This document shows positions 1 to 8,931 of a DNA stretch of 64,000 bases, in pieces. Source of the stretch: an uncultured Actinomycetes bacterium (GTDB lineage: Bacteria > Actinomycetota > UBA4738 > HRBIN12); contig OY969934.1 of assembly GCA_963704725.1 (NCBI GenBank), forward strand, positions 480,001 to 544,000, given 5' to 3'. The position numbers were made by a program, and so were the translations under genes. Numbering within the stretch: the stretch's first letter is position 1; each line of letters begins with the position of its first letter. The notes beneath the pieces were generated by a model. The model had not been told where the DNA came from. It saw only the letters and a list, made by a program, of their open reading frames with translations, and made no database searches.

Positions 1-201
1 CGACCTGCGGGCGCCGACCGGTCCCGTCTCCGCGTCACGCTCCAGGACGGGGGCGAACAGCAGCCCCCACACGACCAGGCACACGACGACGGTGATCGTC
101 GCGTCCCGGGCCCGCACCGTCCGGCGCCCCGGCGCGGGGTGCCGGACCTCGGGCTCCGGGTCCTCGAGCGTGGGGCGCGGTGGCGTGAGCGTCTGGGCCA
201 T
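1..201 (-). CDS. Partial (N-terminus) membrane-anchored protein, probably the SGNH/DUF459-type partner of the MBOAT acyltransferase
   Basis: ATG at 201, 2 nt after the MBOAT stop; reads MAQTLTPPRPTLEDPEPEVRHP...ITVVVCLVVWGLLFAP (one TM segment) and runs off the window. Family inferred from context only. Confidence 0.5.
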   Translation of the reverse strand, partial: MAQTLTPPRPTLEDPEPEVRHPAPGRRTVRARDATITVVVCLVVWGLLFAPVLERDAETGPVGARRS

Positions 202-203
202 GG

Positions 204-1631
204 TCAGAACCGGAAGTAGATGAAGGGGGGGACGCCCTGGGGGCCGAGGGACGTGATCGCGAACAGAACGATCGCGGCGGCGGCCCCTTGGAGCACGGGG
301 CCGAACCGGGCGAACGCCGTCTGGAGCTGCTCTGCGGGCGTCCGCGGGAGGTTCTGGAGCACCAGCATGCCGCCGATCGCGAGCGCGACGAGCGGGGTGA
401 CGAGCTCGGATCCCCCGCCCCACCCTCGGACGAGCCGCCCGAGCACGTCGAACGCGGATCCGATCGAGTCGGCCCGGAAGAACACCCACCCCAGGCAGAC
501 AAGGTGGAAGGTGACGACGCGGGCGCGCAGCACCGCCCACGGCGTCTCGGGCTCCGGGGAGCGCCCCCGCCTCACGCGGCGTGCCCGCCGCAGCCGGCCC
601 ACCACCTGCCCGGCGCCGTGCATCCCGCCCCACGCCACGAACGTCCACCCGGCCCCGTGCCACAGCCCGCCGATGAGCATCGTGGCCATCACGTTGATCG
701 CCGTGCGAGCCTCGCCGCCGCGGCTCCCGCCGAGGGGGATGTAGACGTACTCGCGGAGCCAGCGCGACAGGGTCATGTGCCACCGGCGCCAGAAGTCGCG
801 CAGGGAGATCGCCGCGTACGGCCGGTCGAAGTTCTGGGGGAACTCGAACCCGAGCAGCAGCGCGGTCCCGATGGCGATGTCGCTGTACGCGCTGAAGTCC
901 GTGTAGATGACGATCGCGTAGCCGTAGATCGCGAACAGGACCTCGATCGCCGAATGGGATCCCGGCGCGCCGAACACCGGATCGACGATCGTCGTCGCCA
1001 GGAAGCTCGACACCACGATCTTCTTGAACAGCCCGCCCATGATCAGGTACGCGGCGCGCGAGACGTCGATCGAGCCGCCGTCGCGGGCGCGGCGCACCTG
1101 CGGGAGCAGCTCGCCGCCGCGGACGATCGGCCCCGCGACCAGATGGGGGAAGAACGAGAGGTACACGAAGGCGTCGAGCCACGGCGCCGGCGTGATCTCC
1201 AGCCGCGAGACGTCGATGACGTAGCTGATCGCCATGAACGTGTAGAAGCTGATCCCGACCGGCAGCACGACCTGCAGCAGCGGGAGCGGGGCCGACATCC
1301 CGAGCCGGTCGAACGCGTTGGCCAGGTTCAGGGCGAAGAACCCGTAGTACTTGAACCACGCCAGCGGCAGCAGGAGCGCGACGACAGATGCCGCCGTGGC
1401 CACGCGGCGAGCGCGCTCGCCCTCCTGGCGTTCCACCCACAGGGCGCCGAGCTGCGCCACCGTGCTGACGAGGGCGAGGAGCCAGACGAGGTGCCAGTCC
1501 CACCACGCGTAGAACGCGTAGCTCGCGGCGAGCATGAACCACTTCCACGCGCGGCGGTGCGGGTTCAGCGCCCAGTGCAGCGCGAACACCACCGCGAAGA
1601 AGATCGCGAAGTCCGTGGTCGGAAACAGCAT
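204..1631 (-). CDS. MBOAT family O-acyltransferase (AlgI/DltB-like)
   Basis: MLFPTTDF start; motifs LPVGISFYTF, FFPHLVAGPI, YTDFSAYSDIAIG, NFDRPY, FWRRWHMTLS, GLWHGA. Confidence 0.93.
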   Translation of the reverse strand: MLFPTTDFAIFFAVVFALHWALNPHRRAWKWFMLAASYAFYAWWDWHLVWLLALVSTVAQLGALWVERQEGERARRVATAASVVALLLPLAWFKYYGFFALNLANAFDRLGMSAPLPLLQVVLPVGISFYTFMAISYVIDVSRLEITPAPWLDAFVYLSFFPHLVAGPIVRGGELLPQVRRARDGGSIDVSRAAYLIMGGLFKKIVVSSFLATTIVDPVFGAPGSHSAIEVLFAIYGYAIVIYTDFSAYSDIAIGTALLLGFEFPQNFDRPYAAISLRDFWRRWHMTLSRWLREYVYIPLGGSRGGEARTAINVMATMLIGGLWHGAGWTFVAWGGMHGAGQVVGRLRRARRVRRGRSPEPETPWAVLRARVVTFHLVCLGWVFFRADSIGSAFDVLGRLVRGWGGGSELVTPLVALAIGGMLVLQNLPRTPAEQLQTAFARFGPVLQGAAAAIVLFAITSLGPQGVPPFIYFRF

Positions 1632-1733
1632 GCAGTCTTGAGCCCTCGGCGCTCCGGGCCGGTGTGGGGTCACCGGTTCGGACGCCTCGGGCGGCCATGG
1701 GGTTTCTCCCAGGCGATAGGCTAGCGGACCGTC

Positions 1734-2903
1734 ATGGCGGGCGCTCCGGATCCCCTGGATTACCTGGCCATCGATCGTCTGCTCTCCGACGAGGAGCGCG
1801 AGATCCGCGGCGCGGTCCGCGCCTTCGTGGCCGAGCAGGTCCTTCCCGGTGTGGGGGAGTGGTTCGAGCGCGGGGAGTTCCCGCTCGAGGTGGCCAAGGG
1901 CCTGGCAGATCTCGGCCTGCTGGGGATGCACCTCGAGGGATACGGGTGCGCCGGTGCCAGCGCGGTGGCCTACGGTCTGGCGTGCCAGGAGCTCGAGTAC
2001 GGGGACAGCGGGTTCCGGTCGTTCGTGTCCGTCCAGGGCTCGCTGTGCATGTTCCCCATCCACCGGTACGGGTCGGAGGAGCAGAAGCAGCGGTGGCTCC
2101 CTCCGATGGCCCGGGGCGAGGTCGTGGGGTGCTTCGGGCTCACCGAGCCGGATTTCGGCTCGGACCCGGCCGGCATGCGCACCTCCGCCGCGCGCGACGA
2201 CGGCGGCTGGGTGCTGTCCGGCACGAAGATGTGGATCACCAACGGTGGGATCGCCGACCTGGCGATCGTGTGGGCGAAGACCGACGACGGCGTGCGCGGC
2301 TTCCTCGTGCCGACCGACTCGCCGGGCTTCTCGACGCGTGACATCCATCGCAAGGTCTCGCTGCGAGCCTCGGTGACGTCGGAGCTCGTCCTGGACGAGG
2401 TGCGCCTGCCGGTCGATGCGGTGCTCCCCGGTGTGACCGGCATGAAGGGGCCGCTGTCGTGTCTGACCGAGGCGCGGTACGGGATCGTGTGGGGCGCGAT
2501 GGGCGCGGCGCGCGCGTGCTTCCAGAGCGCGCTCGAGTATGCGAAGACCCGCGTGCAGTGGGGACGGCCGATCGGAGGGTTCCAGCTCACGCAGCGCAAG
2601 CTCGCCGACATGGCACTCGAGCTCAACAAGGGGGCGCTTCTCGCGCTGCATCTGGGACGGATGAAGGACGAGGGGCGCCTGCGCCCGGAGCACGTGAGTC
2701 TCGGCAAGCTGAACAACGTGCGCGAGGCGCTCACCATCGCGCGGGAGGCGCGGGGGATCCTCGGCGCGAGCGGGATCACGCTCGAGTACCCCGTGATCCG
2801 GCACATGAACAACCTCGAGTCCGTGCTCACGTACGAGGGCACGAACGAGATCCACACGCTGATCGTGGGCGAGGCGCTCACCGGTCTCCGGGCCTACGAG
2901 TAG
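1734..2903 (+). CDS. Acyl-CoA dehydrogenase, glutaryl-CoA dehydrogenase-like
   Basis: CFGLTEPDFGSDP, GTKMWITNG, ARGILGASGI, C-terminal TYEGTNEIH with catalytic Glu. Confidence 0.9.
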   Translation: MAGAPDPLDYLAIDRLLSDEEREIRGAVRAFVAEQVLPGVGEWFERGEFPLEVAKGLADLGLLGMHLEGYGCAGASAVAYGLACQELEYGDSGFRSFVSVQGSLCMFPIHRYGSEEQKQRWLPPMARGEVVGCFGLTEPDFGSDPAGMRTSAARDDGGWVLSGTKMWITNGGIADLAIVWAKTDDGVRGFLVPTDSPGFSTRDIHRKVSLRASVTSELVLDEVRLPVDAVLPGVTGMKGPLSCLTEARYGIVWGAMGAARACFQSALEYAKTRVQWGRPIGGFQLTQRKLADMALELNKGALLALHLGRMKDEGRLRPEHVSLGKLNNVREALTIAREARGILGASGITLEYPVIRHMNNLESVLTYEGTNEIHTLIVGEALTGLRAYE

Positions 2904-2959
2904 CGCCCGGGCATGTAGCCTTGGCGGCGAGCTTATCCCTGCGTGGAGGAGGTTCCATC

Positions 2960-3148
2960 GTGGCGCGCGAGTTCGATTGGGCGCTGTTCGAGAAGGCCGT
3001 CGAGATCACCGCATCGGCGGTCCGGGGGGCGATGGGCGGCGAGAACTGCCAGCCGCCGAAGTACGCCGGAGAGGTGTTCACGGAGGTGTACGCGTCGCTG
3101 CGGGCCGCGGCGTCCGAGCTGCCCGATCGGGCGCGAACGGGCTTCTAG
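2960..3148 (+). CDS. Small hypothetical protein (62 aa)
   Basis: GGAGG RBS upstream of GTG 2960; MAREFDWALFEKAVEITASAVRGAMGGEN...RARTGF with typical GC3 codon usage. Confidence 0.65.
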   Translation: MAREFDWALFEKAVEITASAVRGAMGGENCQPPKYAGEVFTEVYASLRAAASELPDRARTGF

Positions 3149-3513
3149 TCGTCGAGGCGCGAGAGGTCGCGCAGGGACACGATGCCGACGAGCGCGCCGC
3201 CGTCCGTCACGGTGAGGTGGCGGAAGCCGCGCTCGAGCATGAGGCGCCGGGCATCGCGGATCGCTGTCGACGGCTCGACGCCGATCGGATCGGGCGACAT
3301 CCACGCCTCGACGAGGTCGTTCGGGGCGTTGGGGTCGGTGCCGAGCGCCCGCAGCGCGTCGCGCTCGGTGAAGATCCCGACCGCGCGGCCGTCCTGCATC
3401 ACGAGCGCCGAGCCGACGTGATGGGCTCCCATGACGGTTGCGGCTCCCGCGACGGTGGTACCCCGCTCCACGATCACGAGGTCCGTGCTCATGACGTCCC
3501 GAACGGTTGCCAT
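3145..3513 (-). CDS. CBS domain pair protein
   Basis: MATVRDVMS...VGIFTERD...MLERGFRHLTV...VGIVSLRDL, two CBS repeats. Confidence 0.9.
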   Translation of the reverse strand: MATVRDVMSTDLVIVERGTTVAGAATVMGAHHVGSALVMQDGRAVGIFTERDALRALGTDPNAPNDLVEAWMSPDPIGVEPSTAIRDARRLMLERGFRHLTVTDGGALVGIVSLRDLSRLDD

Positions 3514-3522
3514 GGCGGTCCG

Positions 3523-4410
3523 CTGCAGCCTAGCGAGGCCGGGGAGCTCGCGAAAGCCCTCCTCGCCTGGTATCGCCCGAGGCGGCGGGCGTACCCGTGG
3601 CGCCGGTCCCGCGACCCGTACGCGATCCTCGTGTCTGAGGTCATGCTCCAGCAGACGCAGGCCGCCCGGGTCGTGCCCGCGTACGAGCGGTTCCTCGCCA
3701 CGTTCCCAACGGTGGCCTCGCTCGGGTCCGCCGCCCGCTCCGAGGTCGTCCGGGCGTGGGCGGGACTCGGCTACAACCGCCGGGCCGTTCGCTTGTCCCA
3801 GGCGGCGCGGATCATCGTCCGTGACCACGAGGGCCGCGTCCCGTCGGATCCCCGCGTGCTCCGGACGCTGCCGGGCGTCGGGCCGTACACCTCGGCGGCG
3901 GTCGCCTCCCTCGCCTCCGGGACCCCCGTCGCCGCCGTGGACACCAACGTCCGCCGCATCGTGGCGCGCCTGCACCTGGGGGCCGAGGCGCACGACGTGC
4001 CGGCCGCCCGGGTCGGCGAGCTCGCGGCACGATGGCTCGACGTTCGCGATCCCGGCGGCTGGAACCAGGCGTTGATGGATCTCGGCCGGGAGGTCTGCCG
4101 GCCGAGACCGCGGTGCGAGGCCTGTCCGCTCGCGGCCGGATGCCGGTTCCTGACGTCGAGCGCGACGCCGCGCCCGGCTCCGCGACGGCAGGGGCGTTTC
4201 GGGGGGTCGTCGCGGCAGCTGCGCGGCGCCGTCGTCCGCGTCCTCCGCGAGCGATCGAGCGCGACGCTCCGGTCGATCGCGGACGAGACGGGGTTCGAGC
4301 TCGATCGGGTGCGGGAGGGAGTCCGTGCGCTGCACCGCGAAGGAATCCTGGCGGCGGGTGCCGGTGCGCTCCGGGGACGCCCCGCGGGTCGGGCCCGTCT
4401 CGCGCGCTGA
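3523..4410 (+). CDS. mutY: A/G-specific adenine glycosylase MutY (short form)
   Basis: LLAWY..RRAYPWRR..DPYAILVSEVMLQQTQ, WAGLGYNRRA, HhH LPGVGPYT, VDTNVRR, FeS motif C-x5-C-x2-C-x5-C; start uncertain (CTG 3523). Confidence 0.88.
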   Translation: MQPSEAGELAKALLAWYRPRRRAYPWRRSRDPYAILVSEVMLQQTQAARVVPAYERFLATFPTVASLGSAARSEVVRAWAGLGYNRRAVRLSQAARIIVRDHEGRVPSDPRVLRTLPGVGPYTSAAVASLASGTPVAAVDTNVRRIVARLHLGAEAHDVPAARVGELAARWLDVRDPGGWNQALMDLGREVCRPRPRCEACPLAAGCRFLTSSATPRPAPRRQGRFGGSSRQLRGAVVRVLRERSSATLRSIADETGFELDRVREGVRALHREGILAAGAGALRGRPAGRARLAR

Positions 4411-4486
4411 GGGCCGAACTCGTCTCGCGAGGAACGCGACGATCGCGGAGCGCGTCCAAGCGCCGACCAACGGAGGGAGGCGCCCC

Positions 4487-5425
4487 ATGCGTCGCACCGC
4501 GATCGTCCTGATCGGATTCCTCGCACTGGCCGGTCTGATCGGCTTCTTCGCCACGGGCGGCGGGACCGGCGTCGGCTCCGACGATGCCGGCACCGCGAGC
4601 GGCGGAGGGGGTGCCCTGTCCCGCGCCGTCGCCGCCGAGCCCGCCGGCCCTGTCTCGGAGCAGGCGATCGGGGGCGCGCTCGACGGATCCGTGAGCTCCT
4701 CGGCAGAGCTCGCCGATCTTCCGGCGATCGGGACCTCGATCATCAAGACCGGCGCGATCGCGATCCAGGTGAAGGCGGGCGGCTTCGGACAGGCGTTCGA
4801 TGCCGCCTCGCTCGTGGCCGGCCGGTACGGCGGGTTCGTCCAGTCCTCGTCGATGGCCGGGACGAAGGTGCGTTCGGGCGACCTCGTCCTGCGCGTCCCG
4901 GCGGATCGGTTCGACGAGGCGGTCTCGGACCTGCGCGCGCTCGGCACGGTGGAGCAGCAGTCGGTCTCCGGGGAGGACGTCTCCTCGCAGTTCGTGGATC
5001 TGGAGGCTCGGCTTCGCACGTGGCAATCACAGGAGGCCGTGCTCCTCGACCTCATGGGCCGGGCCACCTCGATCGAGGAGACGATCCGGGTCCAGAGCGA
5101 GCTGCAGGACGTGCAGGTCCGCATCGAGCAGATCAAGGGCGAGCTGAACCTGCTCCAGGACCGGACGGACTACGCCACGATCCAGGTCTCGCTGCACGAG
5201 CCGGGAACCATCGTCGCCGAGCAGCAGACCGACTCCACGAGGCCGAGCCTCGCGGAGGCCTGGGAGCGAGCCCTCGACGGGTTCCTCGGCGTCTGGTACT
5301 CGGTCGTCGTGGGGCTCGGGTACCTGGTCCCGATCGCCGCTCTCGCGGCGCTGGGCTTCGTCGGGTACCGCAGGATCCGGGCGGCGCGCCCGGCCGCCCC
5401 GATCGCCCCCCGGTCCGGCGCATGA
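4487..5425 (+). CDS. DUF4349 domain-containing membrane protein
   Basis: N-terminal TM; IIKTGAIAIQV, LVLRVPADRFDE, EDVSSQFVDLEARL, coiled coil, YATIQVSLHE, C-terminal TM. Confidence 0.85.
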   Translation: MRRTAIVLIGFLALAGLIGFFATGGGTGVGSDDAGTASGGGGALSRAVAAEPAGPVSEQAIGGALDGSVSSSAELADLPAIGTSIIKTGAIAIQVKAGGFGQAFDAASLVAGRYGGFVQSSSMAGTKVRSGDLVLRVPADRFDEAVSDLRALGTVEQQSVSGEDVSSQFVDLEARLRTWQSQEAVLLDLMGRATSIEETIRVQSELQDVQVRIEQIKGELNLLQDRTDYATIQVSLHEPGTIVAEQQTDSTRPSLAEAWERALDGFLGVWYSVVVGLGYLVPIAALAALGFVGYRRIRAARPAAPIAPRSGA

Positions 5426-5432
5426 TGACGGG

Positions 5433-5822
5433 GTGAGGATCAGGATCGATCCCCAGGCTCGGGCGCCGGCCTCCGCCCAGCTGCGCGATGCGATCGCCGC
5501 GAGGATCGCCTCGGGCCGGCTCGGGCCCGGGGATCGGCTCCCACCCGTGCGAGAGCTCGCCGGCAGCCTTGGTCTGGCGCCGAACACGGTGGCGAAGGCG
5601 TACCGAGCGCTGGAGGCGTCCGGCCACCTCGAGGGCCGCGGCCGGAGCGGGACCTTCGTCGCCGAGGCTCCCCCCTCGGGCCCGGCGGATGCGGAGGCGG
5701 GACTCGAGGCGGCGGCGCGAGCCTTCGCGTCGCGCGCCCGGCAGCTCGAGGTCCCGGAGGGTCGTGCGCTCGCCGCCGTCCGGGCGGCCATCCGCGGCCG
5801 CGAGGCGGATCCCGGGTCTTGA
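5433..5822 (+). CDS. GntR family transcriptional regulator (YtrA-like)
   Basis: QLRDAIAARIASGRLGPGDRLPPVRELAGSLGLAPNTVAKAYRALE..GRSGTFV; short C-terminal domain. Confidence 0.88.
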   Translation: MRIRIDPQARAPASAQLRDAIAARIASGRLGPGDRLPPVRELAGSLGLAPNTVAKAYRALEASGHLEGRGRSGTFVAEAPPSGPADAEAGLEAAARAFASRARQLEVPEGRALAAVRAAIRGREADPGS

Positions 5823-5876
5823 CGAACGGTCGCCGCCGCTCGTAGTCTGCGGGGCAAGGTCAAGAATCGTTCTCAT
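5819..5876 (+). promoter_or_regulatory. Sigma-A-type promoter plus Zur/Fur-type box upstream of znuA
   Basis: TTGACG (5819-5824), 18 nt, TAGTCT (5843-5848); then CAAGAATCGTTCTCA (5861-5875), similar to the actinobacterial 7-1-7 Zur box TGAAAATNATTTTCA. Confidence 0.65.
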
Positions 5877-5905
5877 TCTCGAAACCCGACGACCGGAGAC
5901 CTGTC

Positions 5906-6817
5906 ATGTCGAGGGTCCGCGCGATCGCGGCGATCCTCGCGGTGTTGGCCGTGGGGGCGTCGGCCTGCGATCGGTCCTCGGGCGCGTCCGACGGCGGGCT
6001 CACGGTCGTGGCGAGCTTCTACCCCCTCGCCGTGGCGGTGGAGCGCTCGGCGGGCGACCTCGTCACCGTCGTGAACCTCACCCCCGCGGGCGTCGAGCCC
6101 CACGATCTCGAGCTCGCCCCGGACGATCTCGAGGCGGTCGTCACCGCGGATCTCGTCGTCTACCTCGGCGGCGGATTCCAGCCCGCCGTCGAGGACGGGG
6201 TGCAACAGGCCGAGGGGGCGACCCTCGACGCGCTACAGGCCGTGGGCCCGCTCCGTTCGCCGCCGCCGGGAGCGGGGGAGGCCGAGCTCACGGCCGATCC
6301 GCACGTGTGGCTCGACCCGGCACGATACTCGCGGATCGTGGGGGCGGTTGCGAACGCCCTCGCCCGGCTCGACCCGGCGCACGCCGACGCGTTCCGCTCG
6401 AACGCCGAGGCGTTCCAGGGGGATCTCTCGTCGCTCGACGCGGAGTTCCACGACGGGCTGGCGACCTGCGCGCGCCGGATGATCGTCACGAGCCACGCGG
6501 CGTTCGGCTACCTGGCCGAGTCCGACGACCTGGAGCAGGTGCCGATCGCGGGGCTCTCGCCCGACGCCGAGCCCAGCGCGCAGCGGATCGCGGAGCTCCG
6601 GACGCTCGTGCAGGAGCAGGGGATCACCACGATCTTCACCGAGGACCTGGTCTCGCCGAAGGTCGCCGAGACGCTGGCCGACGAGGCCGGCGTCGAGACG
6701 GCGGTCCTGAACCCGCTCGAGGGGCTGACGCAGGAGCAGGTCGACGCCGGGGACGACTACCTTTCCATCATGCGCGGCAACCTGGAGATCCTGAGGACGG
6801 CCCTTGACTGCACCTGA
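5906..6817 (+). CDS. znuA: Zinc/metal ABC transporter substrate-binding lipoprotein
   Basis: Lipobox ASAC; VEPHDLEL, DPHVWLDP, SHAAFGYL, LNPLEG. Confidence 0.9.
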   Translation: MSRVRAIAAILAVLAVGASACDRSSGASDGGLTVVASFYPLAVAVERSAGDLVTVVNLTPAGVEPHDLELAPDDLEAVVTADLVVYLGGGFQPAVEDGVQQAEGATLDALQAVGPLRSPPPGAGEAELTADPHVWLDPARYSRIVGAVANALARLDPAHADAFRSNAEAFQGDLSSLDAEFHDGLATCARRMIVTSHAAFGYLAESDDLEQVPIAGLSPDAEPSAQRIAELRTLVQEQGITTIFTEDLVSPKVAETLADEAGVETAVLNPLEGLTQEQVDAGDDYLSIMRGNLEILRTALDCT

Positions 6818-7628
6818 GCGGCACGCCGCCGCACCCGACCTGTCTCCGGCGACGCCGGTGAGGCGAGCCCCGGCCTCGCTCGGCGACGTCCTGGTGCGCG
6901 CCGAGGGCGTCACCTTCGCGTTCGGGCGTGCGCGCGTCCTCGAGGGCGTCGACCTCACGGTGCGCGCCGGCGAGTTCGTCGCGCTCGTCGGGCCGAACGG
7001 CTCGGGCAAGTCGACCCTGCTCCGCCTGCTGCTCGGGTCGCTGACGCCGTCCGGGGGATCCGTCCAGCTGCTGGGCGAGACCCCCTCCAATCTCGCCGAT
7101 CGGGCCCGGATCGGATACGTGCCGCAGCGGCCCGTGCTCGACTCGGAGGTGCCGGCCACCGTCGAGGAGATCGTGGCCGCGGGGCGTCTGGCCCGGCGCG
7201 GGTGGTGGCGACCGCTCCGACGAGAGGATCGCGAGTTCGTGAGCCACGCCCTCGAGTCCGTCGGCCTCGGCGACCTGGCGCGCAAGCCGCTCAACGAGCT
7301 GTCGGGTGGACAGCAGCAGCGCGCGTTCATCGCACGGGCGTTCGCCGGCGAGCCCGATCTGCTGCTCCTCGACGAGCCGATCGCCGGCATCGACGCCGAG
7401 TCGCAACGCCGGTTCCGGGACTCGCTCACCCACCTCATCGCCGAGCACGGCGCCGGCGTCCTGCTCGTCTCGCACGAGCTTTCGGCGGTGGCCCCGGAGC
7501 TCGACCGCGTCATCGTGCTGAAGCGGCGCGTCCTGTTCGACGGGCCGCCGTCGGAGCTGGCCGCCTCGGGCGTGAGCCTGGGGATCCACCGCGACGACCT
7601 CCCGCTCTGGCTCGAGGGGCTGCGCTGA
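6804..7628 (+). CDS. znuC: Zinc/metal ABC transporter ATP-binding protein
   Basis: GPNGSGKST, IGYVPQR, LSGGQQQR, LLLDEP, VSHEL. Confidence 0.9.
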   Translation: MTAPERHAAAPDLSPATPVRRAPASLGDVLVRAEGVTFAFGRARVLEGVDLTVRAGEFVALVGPNGSGKSTLLRLLLGSLTPSGGSVQLLGETPSNLADRARIGYVPQRPVLDSEVPATVEEIVAAGRLARRGWWRPLRREDREFVSHALESVGLGDLARKPLNELSGGQQQRAFIARAFAGEPDLLLLDEPIAGIDAESQRRFRDSLTHLIAEHGAGVLLVSHELSAVAPELDRVIVLKRRVLFDGPPSELAASGVSLGIHRDDLPLWLEGLR

Positions 7629-8482
7629 TGCCCTGGCCGATCAACCTGCTGCCGTACCCCTTCGACCTGACGTTCATGCAGCGCGCGCTCGTCGCGGGCC
7701 TCGTCGTGGGCATCTTCGCCCCGATGATCGGGACGTTCGTCGTCCAGAAGCGGCAGTCGTTGATCGGCGACGGGATGGGGCACCTCGCGTTCGCCGGCGT
7801 CGGCGTCGGGTTCGTCGCGGGCTTCTGGCCGGTATGGGGTGCGCTCGTGGTGGCCGTCGCGGGCGCGCTCGCACTCGAGTGGCTGCGGGCGCGCCGCGCG
7901 GCGTCGGGCGATCTTGCGCTGGCGCTCTTCTTCTACTCGGGCATCGCGCTCGGGGTCGTGCTCGTCAACCTCGGCGGAGCCGGAGGCCCGAACGTGCTCG
8001 TCTATCTGTTCGGCCAGCCGCTCACGGTCAACGACTCCGAGATCGGCGTCATCGTCGGCCTCGGAGCCGTGATCGTCGTGGCGATGCTGGTGCTCCGCCG
8101 CGTGCTGTTCGCCGTCGTCACCGACGAGGAGTGGTCCCGCGTGGCCGGCCTCCCCGTGGGGTTCCTGAACGCCGTCCTCGCCGTCCTCGTCGCGGTCTCG
8201 GTCGTGGCGGCCATGAAGATCGTCGGTGTCCTGCTGATCGCGGCGATGATGGTCCTTCCGGTCGCCGGCGGGCAGCTCCTGGCGCGTTCGTTCGCCGGCA
8301 CGCTCAGATGGAGCGTCGCGATCGGAGTCGTCTCCGTGGTCGCCGGGCTCGCGTCCTCACGGATCTGGGACCTCGCGCCGAGTGGGATGATCGTGCTCAT
8401 CGCGGCCGGGGCGTTCGCCGTGACGGCGGTCGTGAAGCGCGGCGCGGCGTTTCGACTGAGTGCGGAGGGATCGGAAGCGTGA
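7628..8482 (+). CDS. znuB: Zinc/metal ABC transporter permease
   Basis: FMQRALVAG, LIGDGMGHLAFAG, YLFG, KIVGVLLIAAMMVLP; TGATG overlap with znuC. Confidence 0.9.
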   Translation: MPWPINLLPYPFDLTFMQRALVAGLVVGIFAPMIGTFVVQKRQSLIGDGMGHLAFAGVGVGFVAGFWPVWGALVVAVAGALALEWLRARRAASGDLALALFFYSGIALGVVLVNLGGAGGPNVLVYLFGQPLTVNDSEIGVIVGLGAVIVVAMLVLRRVLFAVVTDEEWSRVAGLPVGFLNAVLAVLVAVSVVAAMKIVGVLLIAAMMVLPVAGGQLLARSFAGTLRWSVAIGVVSVVAGLASSRIWDLAPSGMIVLIAAGAFAVTAVVKRGAAFRLSAEGSEA

Positions 8483-8931
8483 GCGACGTCCACGCCGTCG
8501 TCGAGGAGCGCCTGCGCGCGGTCGGCCAGCGGTACACCGCCCAGCGCAGGGCGTTGATCGACGCGCTCCGGCGCGCGGGCAACCCTGTCCCGATCCCCGA
8601 CCTCGCGAACGCGCGTCGAGGGCTCCCGCAGAGCTCGGTCTACCGGAACCTCGCCCTGCTGGAGCAGGCCGGCGCCGTGCATCGCGTGCTGACGGGAGAG
8701 GAGTTCGCCCGGTACGAGCTCACCGAGGATCTCACCGAGCACCACCACCATCTCGTCTGCCGCAGCTGTGGAGCGGTCGAGGACGTCACGGTGACCTCGA
8801 GCTTCGAGCGTCAGGTGGCGCGAGCCGTCACGGAGATCGCCGACCGCACGGGGTTCTCGGCCGCCAGCCACCGGCTCGACCTGTTCGGGACGTGCCGGAG
8901 CTGTGTCGAGCGCCGTCAGGCCGTGAGGTAG
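8479..8931 (+). CDS. zur: Fur family transcriptional regulator, probably Zur
   Basis: YTAQRRAL, SSVYRNL, HHHHLVCRSCG, C-terminal CRSC; last gene of the znu operon. Confidence 0.82.
   Translation: MSDVHAVVEERLRAVGQRYTAQRRALIDALRRAGNPVPIPDLANARRGLPQSSVYRNLALLEQAGAVHRVLTGEEFARYELTEDLTEHHHHLVCRSCGAVEDVTVTSSFERQVARAVTEIADRTGFSAASHRLDLFGTCRSCVERRQAVR

Noticed and set aside
1632-2855. Long N-terminal extension of the MBOAT ORF (883 aa in the track)
   Set aside because: It is the antisense shadow of the acyl-CoA dehydrogenase; the MBOAT family start MLFPT is at 1631
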